In this document: piece after piece, positions 1-12,200 of the stretch | Numbering within the stretch: position 1 is the stretch's first letter | How the letters are laid out: each line of letters starts with the position of its first letter | Origin: Negaprion brevirostris | Lineage: Eukaryota | Length of the DNA: 64,000 nucleotides | Direction of reading: 5' to 3' | Assembly (NCBI GenBank): GCA_030324005.1 | Contig: JARDVH010000084.1 | Coordinates: 39,949,063-40,013,062, forward strand | Program-made: the position numbers and the translations under genes | The notes under the pieces: model-generated | What the model was told of the DNA's origin: nothing | Database searches by the model: none | The model's input: only the letters and a program-made list of their open reading frames with translations

Positions 1-63
1 GGGAAGTGGGGGGAGAAAACCTGGGAGTGAAGGAGCGGGGGAACCTGGGAGTGAATGGGAGGG

Positions 64-150
64 CGGGTGACCTGGCTCGAAACATCAGCTTTGTTCTCTC
101 TCCATAGATGCTTTTAGACTGCTGAGATTTTTCAGCATTCCCCATTTCTG
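64..150 (+). repeat. Truncated arm of the Penelope-type repeat family
   Basis: ctcgaaacatcagct...ctctctccatagatgc...gctgagatttttcagcatt matches the arms at 9080-9210 and 47757-47855. Confidence 0.6.
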
Positions 151-671
151 TAACAGGCTAATCTATACCTGATAATGCTCAATGAGACAGAATTAATCAA
201 TATATTAATCACAATGGAGCCTGTAGGTATCAGCAATCACAACATGATAGAATTTCACATTCAATTTGAGGGTGAGGTGAGAAGTGTAGGTCTAAGACAA
301 TGTTTTAAATCTAAATAAAATTAATAACGATGTGTAGACAGAGTTGGCAAGTGAAATGGGAAACTAGGTTAAATAGGGAAGAAAGTAATGTTGAAGTGCT
401 ATTAGCTTATTAAATAAAATAATGTAAACTCAATATGCTGTTTTAATTTTGTTTATTCAATTGCAGAAAATGCTTTAATGGCAGAGTGCAATGTGTTATG
501 TTTGCATAGTATTTATATAGTATGTTATAAATGCACAAAATGTAAGTTTTGTGGGTGCACATAAAATAATTACTATTTTTAAACTAATGACCATATGATT
601 TTATGTTTTACTAGAGGTGAACCAGAGACAAATTTCCACTCTTGCATGAACAATTAAATGCTTCCTCTCTA

Positions 672-1100
672 TTTTTCAGGTTGGCACCTGTAACTAGTGA
701 AATGCTAGGGCCTGAACTATTGACAATCTATGTCAACGAATTGGATGAAGGAACTAGCCTCATAATAGTTAAATTTGCTGATGGCAGATTATTTTCCTAC
801 CTCCTTTGCTGTCAACAGGAGGGAAAGAGTCTACAAAGGAATTTAGATAGGTTAAGTGAATGGGCAAACATTTGGCAGATGGAATACAAAGTGGGAAAAT
901 GTGAATTTGTCCACCCTGACAGCAAGAATAGAAAAGTAGGATTCTATTTAAATTGAGAGATTGCAAAACCCAGTATAGTGGGATCCTGGTACATAAATCA
1001 TGAAAACTTAATATGCAAGTAGAACAAATAATTAGAAGGCAAATGGAATGTTGGCATTCATTGCAAGGGGAGTGGAATATAAAAGCAGGGATGGTTTACT
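672..1100 (+). mobile_element. Degenerate CR1/HER1-type LINE reverse-transcriptase fragment
   Basis: ORF 642-956 contains LGPELLTIYVNELDEG...KFADG...LQRNLDRLSEWANIWQMEYKVGKC, typical of CR1 RT (GPxLFxIYINDLDEG, KFADD, LQxDLDRLxEWA). Confidence 0.85.
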
Positions 1101-1104
1101 GCAG

Positions 1105-1535
1105 CTGGGACCATTTTAATTGCCTGGAGCTGGCCTCCCAGAGGCAGACTGGTGAACTAGCATTTTCAGAAAGCTTAGGAGGCCTATGCCTGCCTACCTG
1201 GGTGCCGCAGCAGCCACAGGCTGCCCTGTGGAGGGGCTATCCCCAACCCATTATAATGTTTGCCTGCCTGCAAAAGCCAATTTTTAATTTAAACTTCAAA
1301 AGCATTGGAGAGACGATGCCTCCATTTCGAAGCACCTCTCCCTTATTTGCCTTTCAAAATGGGAGGTTTCTGATTGGTCATTCAGCTTCAACAGCCCATC
1401 TGCCATCCTTAATTGGACTGAAAGCCCATATTCAACCATTAACTATGTTTTTTTTCCTGTGGTAGCCAATGAGTGACCATTTTCCACAAAGTGTGATGGT
1501 AGGGTTCAAAAGACTGCAGGGAAAATCCAGTCCTG
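1105..1535. mobile_element. GC-richer insertion, probable non-autonomous DNA element remnant
   Basis: Abrupt composition shift. It ends in gggaaaatccagtcc, similar to the termini of the elements at 53.2, 55.3-56.1 and 63-64 kb. TIR pair not verified. Confidence 0.35.
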
Positions 1536-2489
1536 GAATCTGCACATGCACAGTTAAACAGGGAAATCAGAAATGGCTGTCTATGTTTCACCATAGGGTG
1601 TGCTGTTTAACCCCTACAGACTGCAGTCAAGTAGAAATCAATGAACTACTGAGGCCTTACACTTTTATGCCATTACATTCACTGTAAAAAAAAAACGTGG
1701 TTACAGTTATATCTTTTGATCGAAATACAACTAAGTCTTTAACAGTGTATCATGTTCATAAAAGAATGACCTCTTCAGCCCGGAATTTTTTTTTTTTATT
1801 TGTGGAATGTCAAATTTATTCATTATGATTATATTTCCACATATTTTTAAAATTCATGCTTGTTTATCATACATCATGTACATACTCCAATCTTTAAATT
1901 TTGCTGTCCATAAAATGGTATTAAAAAGTGAAGGATCATCAGTACGTTTTACTTGCTGGTTTGCTTTCTGTGAAAGAACTAACTACTTACCCTGCCTGAT
2001 GACATACTTTTTGATAGATGTCTGGAAATCCCCTTGGCTTTGTATCCAATGAAAATTAACACTGCAAAGGTGAAATCCTAATCAAAGAGATCACCACAAG
2101 ATCTTTAAGGGCAAGAAGCAATTACCATCTGTTGACTGGAAAATCAGGGCCACTACAAAGCATTTCCAAAACACGAAGCTATATGGATGAAACTGCTGTA
2201 AGAATATATATTTCATACTTACCAGACTTCTGAGCCTCTGGGAAAGTGCATAGTGCCTTGTACAGTAGATGGAATTGCTTGGTGATCAAGTACTTAGATT
2301 AAATAGGTACGTTGCACAATCTATTCTACTTTCTCCTTTGGCAGACATTTGATGTTGTTGCTCAATTTTAATAAATTTTGTGGCATCCAACCTTTCTTTT
2401 CAAAATGAAATATCATTCTTACATCATTTATTATCACCAGCATGCTCTACATGACACTCATAAGAATATATTAGCAAACATAAAAGAAA

Positions 2490-2890
2490 TAATTTGAACT
2501 TGTGCAATGCCCTTCACACTCTCAGAATGTCCCGAAGTATGTCGGTCAACAAAATGTTTTGAGAATTGTTGTAATTTAGGAAATGCAACAGCCAATTTCC
2601 ACACAGCAAGTTCCCACAAAATACAATGAGACATCGACCAGATAATGTATTTCCAGTGACATTAATTGAAGGATTTATGTTGGCCACGACATCAGAAAAA
2701 TTGTGGCTGAAAAGAAAAAATGCTGGAAATATCTTTCACAGAAGTAATTCACCTGAAACGTTAACTTTATTTCTTTCTTCACAGATGCTGCCTGACGTAC
2801 TGAGTATTTTCTGTATTTTCTATTCGTTCAGAATTCCTACATCTGTGATATTTTGCTTTTGTACCAGGAAAAACTCCGCTGTTCTTCACT
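2490..2890 (-). mobile_element. Degenerate Deu-domain SINE (SacSINE1-like), interrupted by a Penelope-type palindromic remnant at ~2705-2862
   Basis: gttgtaatttaggaaatgcaacagccaattt...cacagcaagttcccacaaa...gaccagataat...ttggcca resembles the reverse strand of shark Deu-SINEs as I recall them. The insert reads aaatgctggaaat...cctgaaacgttaact...cacagatgctgcctga...attttgctttt. Confidence 0.55.
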
Positions 2891-3334
2891 TTTTGCTCAT
2901 TGAGTCTGATTGTCTGCTTTAATTCGCCCCATAAAATAGGGTACTTACTGCTCCATTACTCTCTATTGTGTCTCAACACTCATTACAACAACCCTGAGCC
3001 AAATTGTCCATTGACGCTCCTGTACAAGGTTTCCTGGATAAAATTCATGAAATGTGTGGTCCCGTTACATTTTCTTTGAGTTGTCCCTTGTTATACAATC
3101 TGATATCCAAAGAGAGGGGAAGAATAAGGAGGAACATGTCATTAGCTCAGGAAAGAAGCTATATATACTTTTGCTCATAACTAAATTAATTCAGCACTTA
3201 AGAGTTGAATGATATACTGTAGTTGGCCAGTTTTTCATTAGCTTAATCCTATTCTCCTGGCAAAGCTGCCTGTCTCTTTGCTTTCACCAACTAAGTCAAA
3301 TATCCCATCTCTAGACACCCAGCATGCTAGTCAG

Positions 3335-4295
3335 AATTGAGCACAGAGGGAAGAGAATAACAAACCAAAGCAGGAGTAAGCGAGTCTTCTATTTGAGCCT
3401 GCTCTGCCATTCAATAAAAGCATGATTACATTTCTACTACAACTCCATCTTCCTGCATTATTCTCATATCCAGTAACTCCCTTGGTACCTAAAAACGTAT
3501 CAATTTCTGTCTTGAATATACTCAAAGACTGAGCATTGGCAATTCTGTGTGCTAAAGAATTCCAAAGATTCACAACACTGAGTAAGTAAGTTTCTCTTCA
3601 TCTCAGTCCTAAATGACCAATGCCTTATTCTGAGATTGTGACTCCATGTTCTAGACATCTCATCAGGGAAACAGCCTCTCAGCCCCCATCCTATCTAGTC
3701 CTTTAAGAATTTTATGTTTCAATGAGATAACCTACCATTCTTCTAAATTTGAGGAATTACAGGTTTAGTCTACACCATCTCTTTACATGGGACAATGTTT
3801 TCAGTCCGGGAATTATTCTGGTGAACTTCTGTTGTAATCACTCCAAGGAAAGTATATTCCACACTCTAAGCCAAGGAGAAAAAGGAGACCAAAACCGTAC
3901 ATAGTACCATATGTAAAGCCTCATCAAGACCCCTCTATAATTGTAAAACTACATCTTTACGCTTAAATTCCAATCCTTTTGAAATAAAAGTTAATATACC
4001 CATTCGCCTTCCTAAATGCTTGCTATGCCTACATGTTAACTTTTGCGATTTTTGTACAACGGCTCCAAGGTCCCTCTGAATACCAACATTTTCCAGTTCT
4101 CACCCCATTTTAAAAATATTCTGCATTTTTATTTTCTCAAACAAAGTGGGGAACTTCATACTTGCCTACATTATATTTCATCTTCCAATCTGCAGTCCAC
4201 TCTCTACCAGCCTAAATTCTTTTGCAGCCCTTTTGCATCCTCCTTTCACAAAATTAGGCAAAAAAGGTATCATCAGCAGACGTGTCTGTGCCCCC
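3335..4295 (-). mobile_element. CR1/HER1-type LINE 3' fragment
   Basis: Minus ORF NLWNSLAHRIANAQSLSIFKTEIDTFL is the CR1 ORF2 C-terminal motif. The 3' UTR (gcaggagta...gagcctgctctgccattcaataa) is shared with the copies at 48.2 and 50.8 kb. Confidence 0.85.
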
Positions 4296-7200
4296 TGCCC
4301 CCGACACTTCTAATTAAAGGTCAGGAAGTTGCCATTAGATATTATGCAGAATATGAGAAAATCAATGTGCTGCACTACTGAAAGCACTCCAAACTCTTCC
4401 GAGAAAGCCCAAATCAGTATACAGTATAGCGTAGAAAGAGTTAATGCTGATAATGGACCCAAGTCTCAAGCATGCAGTCCACTGCAAATCTGTAAAGCGA
4501 TCCTTAATTCTGAAGTCTTTTGGAGTGCATGAAACACAATGTACCAATGCTCTCTTCCCAACTGCCAGCAGCTGCGGGCACTCCGTTGCATTATGGGATG
4601 CCAAGGCAGTTTTTCAAGCCCAAGTCTCAGAGTGCTGTGCATTACAGACCAAGTAGAGGCTCGATTTCTTCTGTTGATTGAGTTTTACAGTGTATTGATT
4701 GTTCTGACTGCAACCATCAAGTTGTATATGCAGCAGTATCTGCCCAGCTCTAAATGAAAGGACAAGGCATTTAGCAGCTCCATCTGCCAGAGTGCTTCTT
4801 TTTAAACATGTACAATACTGAATAAATCAGGACTGGGGCTTCATCATGAACCTGTTTTAGTTTGCTGGTAGAAGTTAAAAAGCAGCTTGCAGTCACTGTT
4901 GCTACTGACTAAACAGATGGAGTGACTAAATGCTTTACTGTTTCATGCTTTGATTTAAAGTTAGGTAGGGCATTTAGTAGTATCATGATGCTGACAGTTC
5001 TAGATAAATCCCTTTAATTTGAGCACAAAGAAACTATTTTGATATAAATCAGATAACTTGGGAAAAAGTACATTACTTAAAAATGCTTCCAGGACATGTG
5101 CTCTTACACCAATAATTTAATTAATAAAATAATTTTCTATACATGCTTTTAAAATATTTTCAAGTTATTTTACTATGTAGAGTATTTACAAACACACATT
5201 TTGCATATATATAACGCAATCTTTAATTCTTACTTCATCTGTTAAATGTTCAGCATGATTGTCCTTACAACGAAGCCTTGAACTACTTCAAAAGACTGAC
5301 AGGTAAAATGCTATTTTATTCTATTTTGGAACAGAATACTCACTAAAATGGAGACATTCTCAATAACCAGGATGATATCAAGCAATTGGACAATTTATGC
5401 TCAAATTCAAAACAATGTTAATAGAAAATGTACTGTGACTACCGCAGGAAACCTGCACCCAATGACGACTGAAACTGTACTTTCATTTGAAAGTACAGTC
5501 ATCAAATTAAGGTAAAGCTTTCTTATTTAAAACTGGAAGTATTATAGTTGCACTTCAAAAGACTTAAGGGATTGGCAGCAGTAGTTTACTTAACAAGTAC
5601 AAAAGATCCTAATTCATGAACATCAGAGGCATGAGTGAATTAACAGGGCTTCTCACACATAAAACATAGCCTCCAATTGTTGCCTTTCCTCACCTGCACA
5701 CCCCATCCCTCACACAAGCAGTGTCCCCGAGTATCACAGAAGAATGCAGGACAATGAATGGCACTTCCATTGCAACTGATGCTCTTGTGACATGACTCGG
5801 TGTTGCATACTATCGTTGATACTTAAAACATAATGTAGACTGGTGGAGAAGGTGGTAAGAACAAATGTTTTAAAAATCTTATATAAAAGTAGCCTATTTG
5901 TTTTTGAATGCGGGGTTCAGGAAGTTTATCAATTCAGCAAAAGATATCGAAAATGTTCAGATTTTAATAAAGGAAAACAGACTTAAAGTCAGTAAAATAA
6001 TCTAATTCTGTCATTAGTGGTTTTGTTATGATGGTAAAATAATGATAGGTCAATTAACATACATTCCATAAACATAAAACATATCACCATCCTAGAATGC
6101 ATGATTCTGATCAGAACTGCTACAAGTCAAGAAGTTCCCATGGCAATACAAACATTCACATTGTTTGACACACCATACAGTAAACTTCAATTAATTCTCC
6201 CTCCCCCCACCCCATCTTATCCAAAGAGGTAATTAGATGAACACGGCAGTTTCTGGCTAGTTCTCAGCCCTTGCAAAACTACAGATGAACTGTCTGACTA
6301 CAATTCAAATGCAGTCCTCATCAAGTTCAAGTACAATCAAAGTCTGCACAATAAAGGCAGTGCAGTGGCTCGCGTTCTCCTGGCAGGGGCTTAAGACAAT
6401 GAACGTCTTGTTAGAAGGCATCTGAATACAAAGAGTCTATTCTCAGCTGTTAGCTGAAGCTGCTATTAAGGAATGAGGAAAAAAAATCTCAACCTATTAA
6501 GGTCTGACTAGCTTCAGCCTTTATGCATGCCTCCCTGAAAAATTTTAATAGAAATATAACCCTTGCTATACCAGAAGAAGTAATGTGAAATTAATCCAGA
6601 AAATATAATGTCTCTCCCTCCTGAATCGAAATTCCACATCCCATTTGAAAAAAAACAGAAAATTGCAAATTAAAATCAGAAAAGGTAACTCAATCTAATT
6701 TAACTTTTAACTGAGTTTGGCTTTGGATCTGCTTTTAGAATTTAGTAAACTGAAGTGGTCAGCGAGTTTAGAGAATTAAATTTACTAGACACCAATACAA
6801 AATATTAAAAAGTTTACTTTATAGGCACCAGTCATACATTCACAGACAAAGATGTGAATGCAAAATGACAGCAATTAATTAGTTATCCTTTAACCACCTG
6901 CATCACGATACAAATTCCAAAGTACATCCTGACAGGAAAACACTAGATTCATGGGAAAATATATCAGTCATTGGTAAGGAAAATTTGCAGCATTGAGGTT
7001 CCATGAAGGAATATCCATAAGATAATATCGCTGCTTCAATACCTGATAAATATGGCCAGGAATATATACATATATATACTTACTAACTACCAAATGAGTT
7101 TGCTTAAAGCATAAAAATATCGGCATCAATACAATATAAACTACAAATAAACGTGCCAATTGAGTAAAATTAAGCATCCAATTTTCTATTCTGTCTGAAA

Positions 7201-7489
7201 GCAGAACCATATAAATAAAGTTCTGGCAGGAGATGATGACTGTACAAACGATTAAATTTCTATGCCCAAATTATCACCAAAAAACATTCCAGTACTCGAT
7301 AACCTGAGGTTAGGATGGAATTAATTTAAATATATCATGAAGTCAGAGAGATGCAGTTAGCACATCTCAAAACTGAAGCGCACAAACACAAATTTTGAAT
7401 TTTTTTAGATATTCAAAGATACTTATGAGATTCGTGTACCTTTTTACTGTGGTACTTGAAGGGCAATTTTATGCTTTTGGAGTCGACAC

Positions 7490-8826
7490 TGGTGCTCTAT
7501 CCTTGGCCTTCTCTTATTTGTCATCTACATGCCGTCCCTCAACAACATCATCTAAAAAAAAAGCAGCAGTTTCCACATGTAAGCTGATGGCACCCAGCTC
7601 TACCTCTAACATTGTTGACTATTCCAATGTACATTCTCTTGATACTCTGTTGTCTCAAAAGTGTCAAATGGCAGAGTGGTTAGCACTGCTGCCTCTCAGC
7701 GCCAGGAATATCGGTCCAATTCCAGCCTTAGGTGACTGTGTGAAGTTTGCATGTTCTCCCCATGTCTATGTGCATTTTGTCCAGATGCTCTAGTTTACTC
7801 TCACAACCCAAAGATGTGCAGGTTAAGTGGACTGGCCATGTTAAATTGCCCTTTAGTGTAAGGGGGATTAGTAAGGTAAATACATGGGGTTACGGGGATA
7901 AATCCTTGGTGGGATTGTCATCAGTGCAGGCTCAAAGGGCCAAATGGTCTTCTTCTGCACGGTAGGGATTCTATAATTCTATTGCTTGCGTCATATCTGA
8001 CTCAAGTTGAACTTCAGGCTGCATATCTATACCATCATCAAGGCTGCCTGCTTCCACTTTTCTAATCTCTGGCCTGCCCCAGCTCATTTGCTGTGGAAAC
8101 ACTCATCTATGCCTTTGTCAATTCTAAACTTGACTATTCAAACACTTTCCCAGCTAGCCTCCCACATTCTACTCCACATATATATATTGGAGGTCACCTA
8201 ATGCCCTGCTGCCTCATTCCTAATCAACTTAGCTTCTCATTCTTTAATACAGCACTCAAGTGATTTATCCAATTGCAAGGACCCTTCAAATTTCTTTGCA
8301 TGTCTGTCTATGCACGTTAATTCAAAGGGGTCAACTTCTGTCCAACTAATGCAGCCCTGCAGCTTACAAGAAACATCGGTCCTAAACTACAACATGTCCT
8401 GTTCACTCCTGTGCTCACTGATCTGCATTGACTCCTGGGTAAGCAACACCTCAATTTCAAAATTCTCTTTCTTATTTTCAAAGCCCTCCAAAGCCTCACC
8501 CCTCCTTACTTCTGTATTCTCTTCCAGCCCTACAACCCTCAAGAGTTTTCTGCACTCCTGCAACTCTGGTCTCCAACATTCCCGATTTCAATCACTTCAC
8601 CACTAGCTGCTGTCTCTTCAATTGCTTGGCACTAAACTCTAGAAATCCCTCCTTATAACTCTACTTCTCTTTTAAGACACTATTTAAAACTGACCTTCGT
8701 TTTGATCGCTTGCCCCACTATCTCCTTATGTGGCTGAGTTTGAGTTTTGTTTGATTGTGCTGCTGTGAAGTGGTTGGGATGCTTTGCCACATTAAGAGTG
8801 TTATCCAAATAAAAGTTGTTGTTGTC
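7490..8826 (+). mobile_element. Degenerate L2-clade LINE 3' fragment (hosts a SINE)
   Basis: Remnants of YADDTQLYL (gctgatggcacccagctctacctc, ~7582) and ETLIHAFVxSRLDYSN (gaaacactcatctatgcctttgtc...cttgactattc, ~8096); L2-like tail ending aagttgttgttg. Confidence 0.75.
7668..7981 (+). mobile_element. tRNA-derived V-SINE, HE1-like
   Basis: A-box head tggcagagtggttagcactgctgcctc, V-domain (tttgcatgttctcccc...caaagatgtgcaggtt...ggccatg..aaattgccc), CR1-like tail gggccaaatgg...gattctataattcta. Confidence 0.85.
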
Positions 8827-8971
8827 ATTGTTTGAAGCAATTAGTTAGTGCAGATTAAGGAATTGGTCACTAAGTCTCATCTGACTAAAAGAATCCATCT
8901 GAATGTGGCAACATAGCCAACTCACTCCTACCGCAGAACTGCTGAGTTGAACCTGGAACTAATAGTGGAGG

Positions 8972-9210
8972 AAAAACAGAAAATGCTGGAAAATCCTAGT
9001 AGGTCTGACAGCATCTGTGGGGAGAGAATAGAGCCAACACTTCAAGTCTAAGTTATTCTTCGTCAGAGTTGACGAAGCTCTGATGAAGGGTCATCTAGAC
9101 TCAAAACGTTGGATTTGGTCTCTCCCCACAGGTGCTGTCAGGCCTGCTGAGATTTTCCAGCATTTTCTGTTTTTGTTTCAGATTGTTTCATCCGCAATAT
9201 TTTGCTTTTA
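8972..9210. mobile_element. Palindromic Penelope-type repeat (inverted arms) with hammerhead-like cores
   Basis: The left arm aaaacagaaaatgctggaaaat...ctgacagcatctgtggggagag is the reverse complement of the right arm ctctccccacag.tgctgtcag...attttccagcattttctgtttt. CTGAYGA motifs diverge from the centre. Confidence 0.7.
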
Positions 9211-12200
9211 TACTAATTGTGGAGGGGTTACTTGGGTGTTTGTGCTTTCACCTAATTCTGGCAATTGTTATACAATTTGTAGAATATTTCACGTACAAAA
9301 TTTAATTATGATGCAATGTAACTGTTGGATTTATAAATGACATTGGCATTTATACCTCATATACATAATATGTGTACATAATTAGCAAGGACTGGGATGC
9401 TTCTGAACAATTCACTTTTAACTTTGTATATTTACAATAATTCACCAAGGGGAAAAATATCTATTTCATAGCGCCTGGATCTGTAACCTCATTGTGTTGT
9501 CTTCTGCTCCTCATTTGTGGCTTTCAGGGCCTTGCCAAACACATTTATATAATTTGCTATAATGACAAACTATAACTGTTTTATTCAAATTCTTAATTAT
9601 TACAAGGAGAATGAAGTTAATTTCATGAACTACCTGTAGCAATGAGTCAGCTCATTAAATGTTCTGAGTGTAAGCTTCAACTTTTGCATCTTTTCCTCTC
9701 CAATCACTTTTCACTTAGAATATATGTGGGAAAAAGGATTAGTTTCTGCATGATGGAATAATCAAAAAAAAAACCCCCCACCCCAACTGTTCTCTATTTT
9801 TTGTATACCCTTCCTGACCCAAACATAATGTTAATGCTTGGAGAAGAGCAGTTACCATAGAAACAATCCAAAGCTGTTCCAGAGGGTCGTCTTGTGGGTA
9901 GATTTGAAGTCATTCAATCGATGCCAATCAATGAGAACATTCTTTCCCGTGCCAAGTAATTCCAACTGTATTTAAATCAGTACTGTACACGAGTTTTCTT
10001 AACCTTTAACTGGCCAACGATTTATTTTAATACACAGTCCAAATCTCCTTGCAGCATTTTTAGGGTTAATGAAGACAACTAGTAAATCACAAAAAGTAGA
10101 CTGCCAACACACTTTTCTTTTTTGGATCCAAGAAATTGTGATTTCTCCAACAGACTGAAGTTCCGAAACATTTATTCATATTTCAATATGAACTGAGTCA
10201 TTCCAATGCTAAATAATAGCTTGTCTGTTGGCTACCTTTACAACTGGTTCCACAAATCTGATCAAACACATGCTTTCACCTGATTGACAGGTGAGGAGTC
10301 AATAGGAATTCACCAAAGACACAGGACAAAACCTACTGTATGCTGAAGGTTAACACTGGTACGGTACGCACAGGCTTCAAGGATGTAATTTTACCGGGTA
10401 ACAATTATGGTCTGATGCTAAACAGTGGTTGAGTGACATTTTTGATCTAAATGATGGTAAAGTGCTATTTCAGTTCAACTAAATTTTCTGAGTATAAGCT
10501 TCTTTCAATTAATTTATCTATTCCTCCAGTTATTGTACTCGATGACAATTCACTTCATTGGAAGATATTCCTTGAGTCAACATTATGAAGGCAAAGTGCC
10601 AGTTAATTGCATCACACGTTAACTAACTTACAAATACTATTTGACAAATCTTAAGCAGCCATGATGACATACACAAATGAAAAAGACTTAATGCTCACAA
10701 CTGTGTGTCCAAATTCATAGACCACGTCTCTTCACAGTTACTTCCTCCTTTCTCCAAAACTACAACAACTCCCAAAGCATTGGTTTGATCGCAGTTTTGC
10801 AAAACACAACCACATTTTTCTAATGACATTAAAGAGTGTTTGGTAAATTATTATAGCAGCCAGATATAGCAGATATTATAGACCCTTTGTGTCTGCTGTG
10901 AAATCAATCTGATATTTTTTAAATCAGCATTCAAGATTTTAGTCAATGGTTTCTCATTTTTCTTTTCAATGTTTTGGGAGAGCAGGGCTACTTAGCTGTT
11001 CTTGGGAATATTGCTCTCTGTATATTTAAGGCTGAAAGTACTGTGCCAGAATAAAACAAGTAATAACAAGTGAGAAAATAACAATTTAATTTCAGATGTA
11101 GATTAATGCGATACATGTGGTTCAGTGATTGTAAAACGTAGGCTCAAAGCATTTGTTTCAAATTACCACAAGCAACACTTAAATTTACTGAGGCAGTAAC
11201 AAAAATTAAAGTTAGTTGGTCAGAGAAATCCAAGCGGTCACCCTGGCAAAATGTATTCTTAGCAATCGCTAGGTGGTCAAACCACATTGCTGTGTTTATA
11301 ATGTTGACTCATACCCACTCGGGCCTTTTCTCAAGTAACCAGCTAATCTGTTGTGTACAGTTACACATTCCACTACTCCCGACTCAATTTTCTTCTGAAG
11401 CCAGTGTTGCTAGTGAGCAGTTTCATTTTCGAGGGCAAAGATACATTTGATTTATACTTTAACATTATGATAGATTTATTTTAAAAGCAAGTATTTTACT
11501 TTTCATAGAAGTTTCCAGCATTTTATCTTAATAGGTACCAATGACTCAATTTTCAACCATTTGTCAATCTCTTGCGTGGAAATCCTCAACACATGTAGCT
11601 CTGTGACCTGCACTCCAAACTTTAATTATTTTCTTAAATTTTCTGTATTTTAAATCATAATACAGAGCTGAGCATCATGAAATAACTTTCATGTACCACA
11701 GGTGATGAGAATAGAAGGCAAAGTCTTTACAATCATTAAAAATTCACTTTGCAACATTTAATCCCCAGGAAATGTTATTATTAAAAAGGCAGATTCTGGA
11801 AAAAAAATCAATTTTATTGAGAAATAAAATGGAGAGAATAGCAGCAAACAACCCAGTTGTTAAAATGATTAGTTCAAGGAACTGTTGAAGTTAAATTACT
11901 AAAACTTACAGACATGTTAAAAGTGGTCTGTCCTATTTGTATGTGCTCCCACTTAAATCCCAATGCCTGTTGGAGGTGCATGTCAAATTTTGACGCAAGC
12001 TCTTGCGTAATGGCTCCTTCAGTTATAAATGGAAAGGGACAAATTAATCACAGCTTTACATATCTACCTCACCTATTTTGTACAACACATCAATTTTAAG
12101 ATCAGCGGTATTTTTATATTTGAATTCAGAATACATAGTTGTTGACATAACAAATATTTGTTTCTTTCTTTAGAAATATTTTTATATATAAATAGAACTG

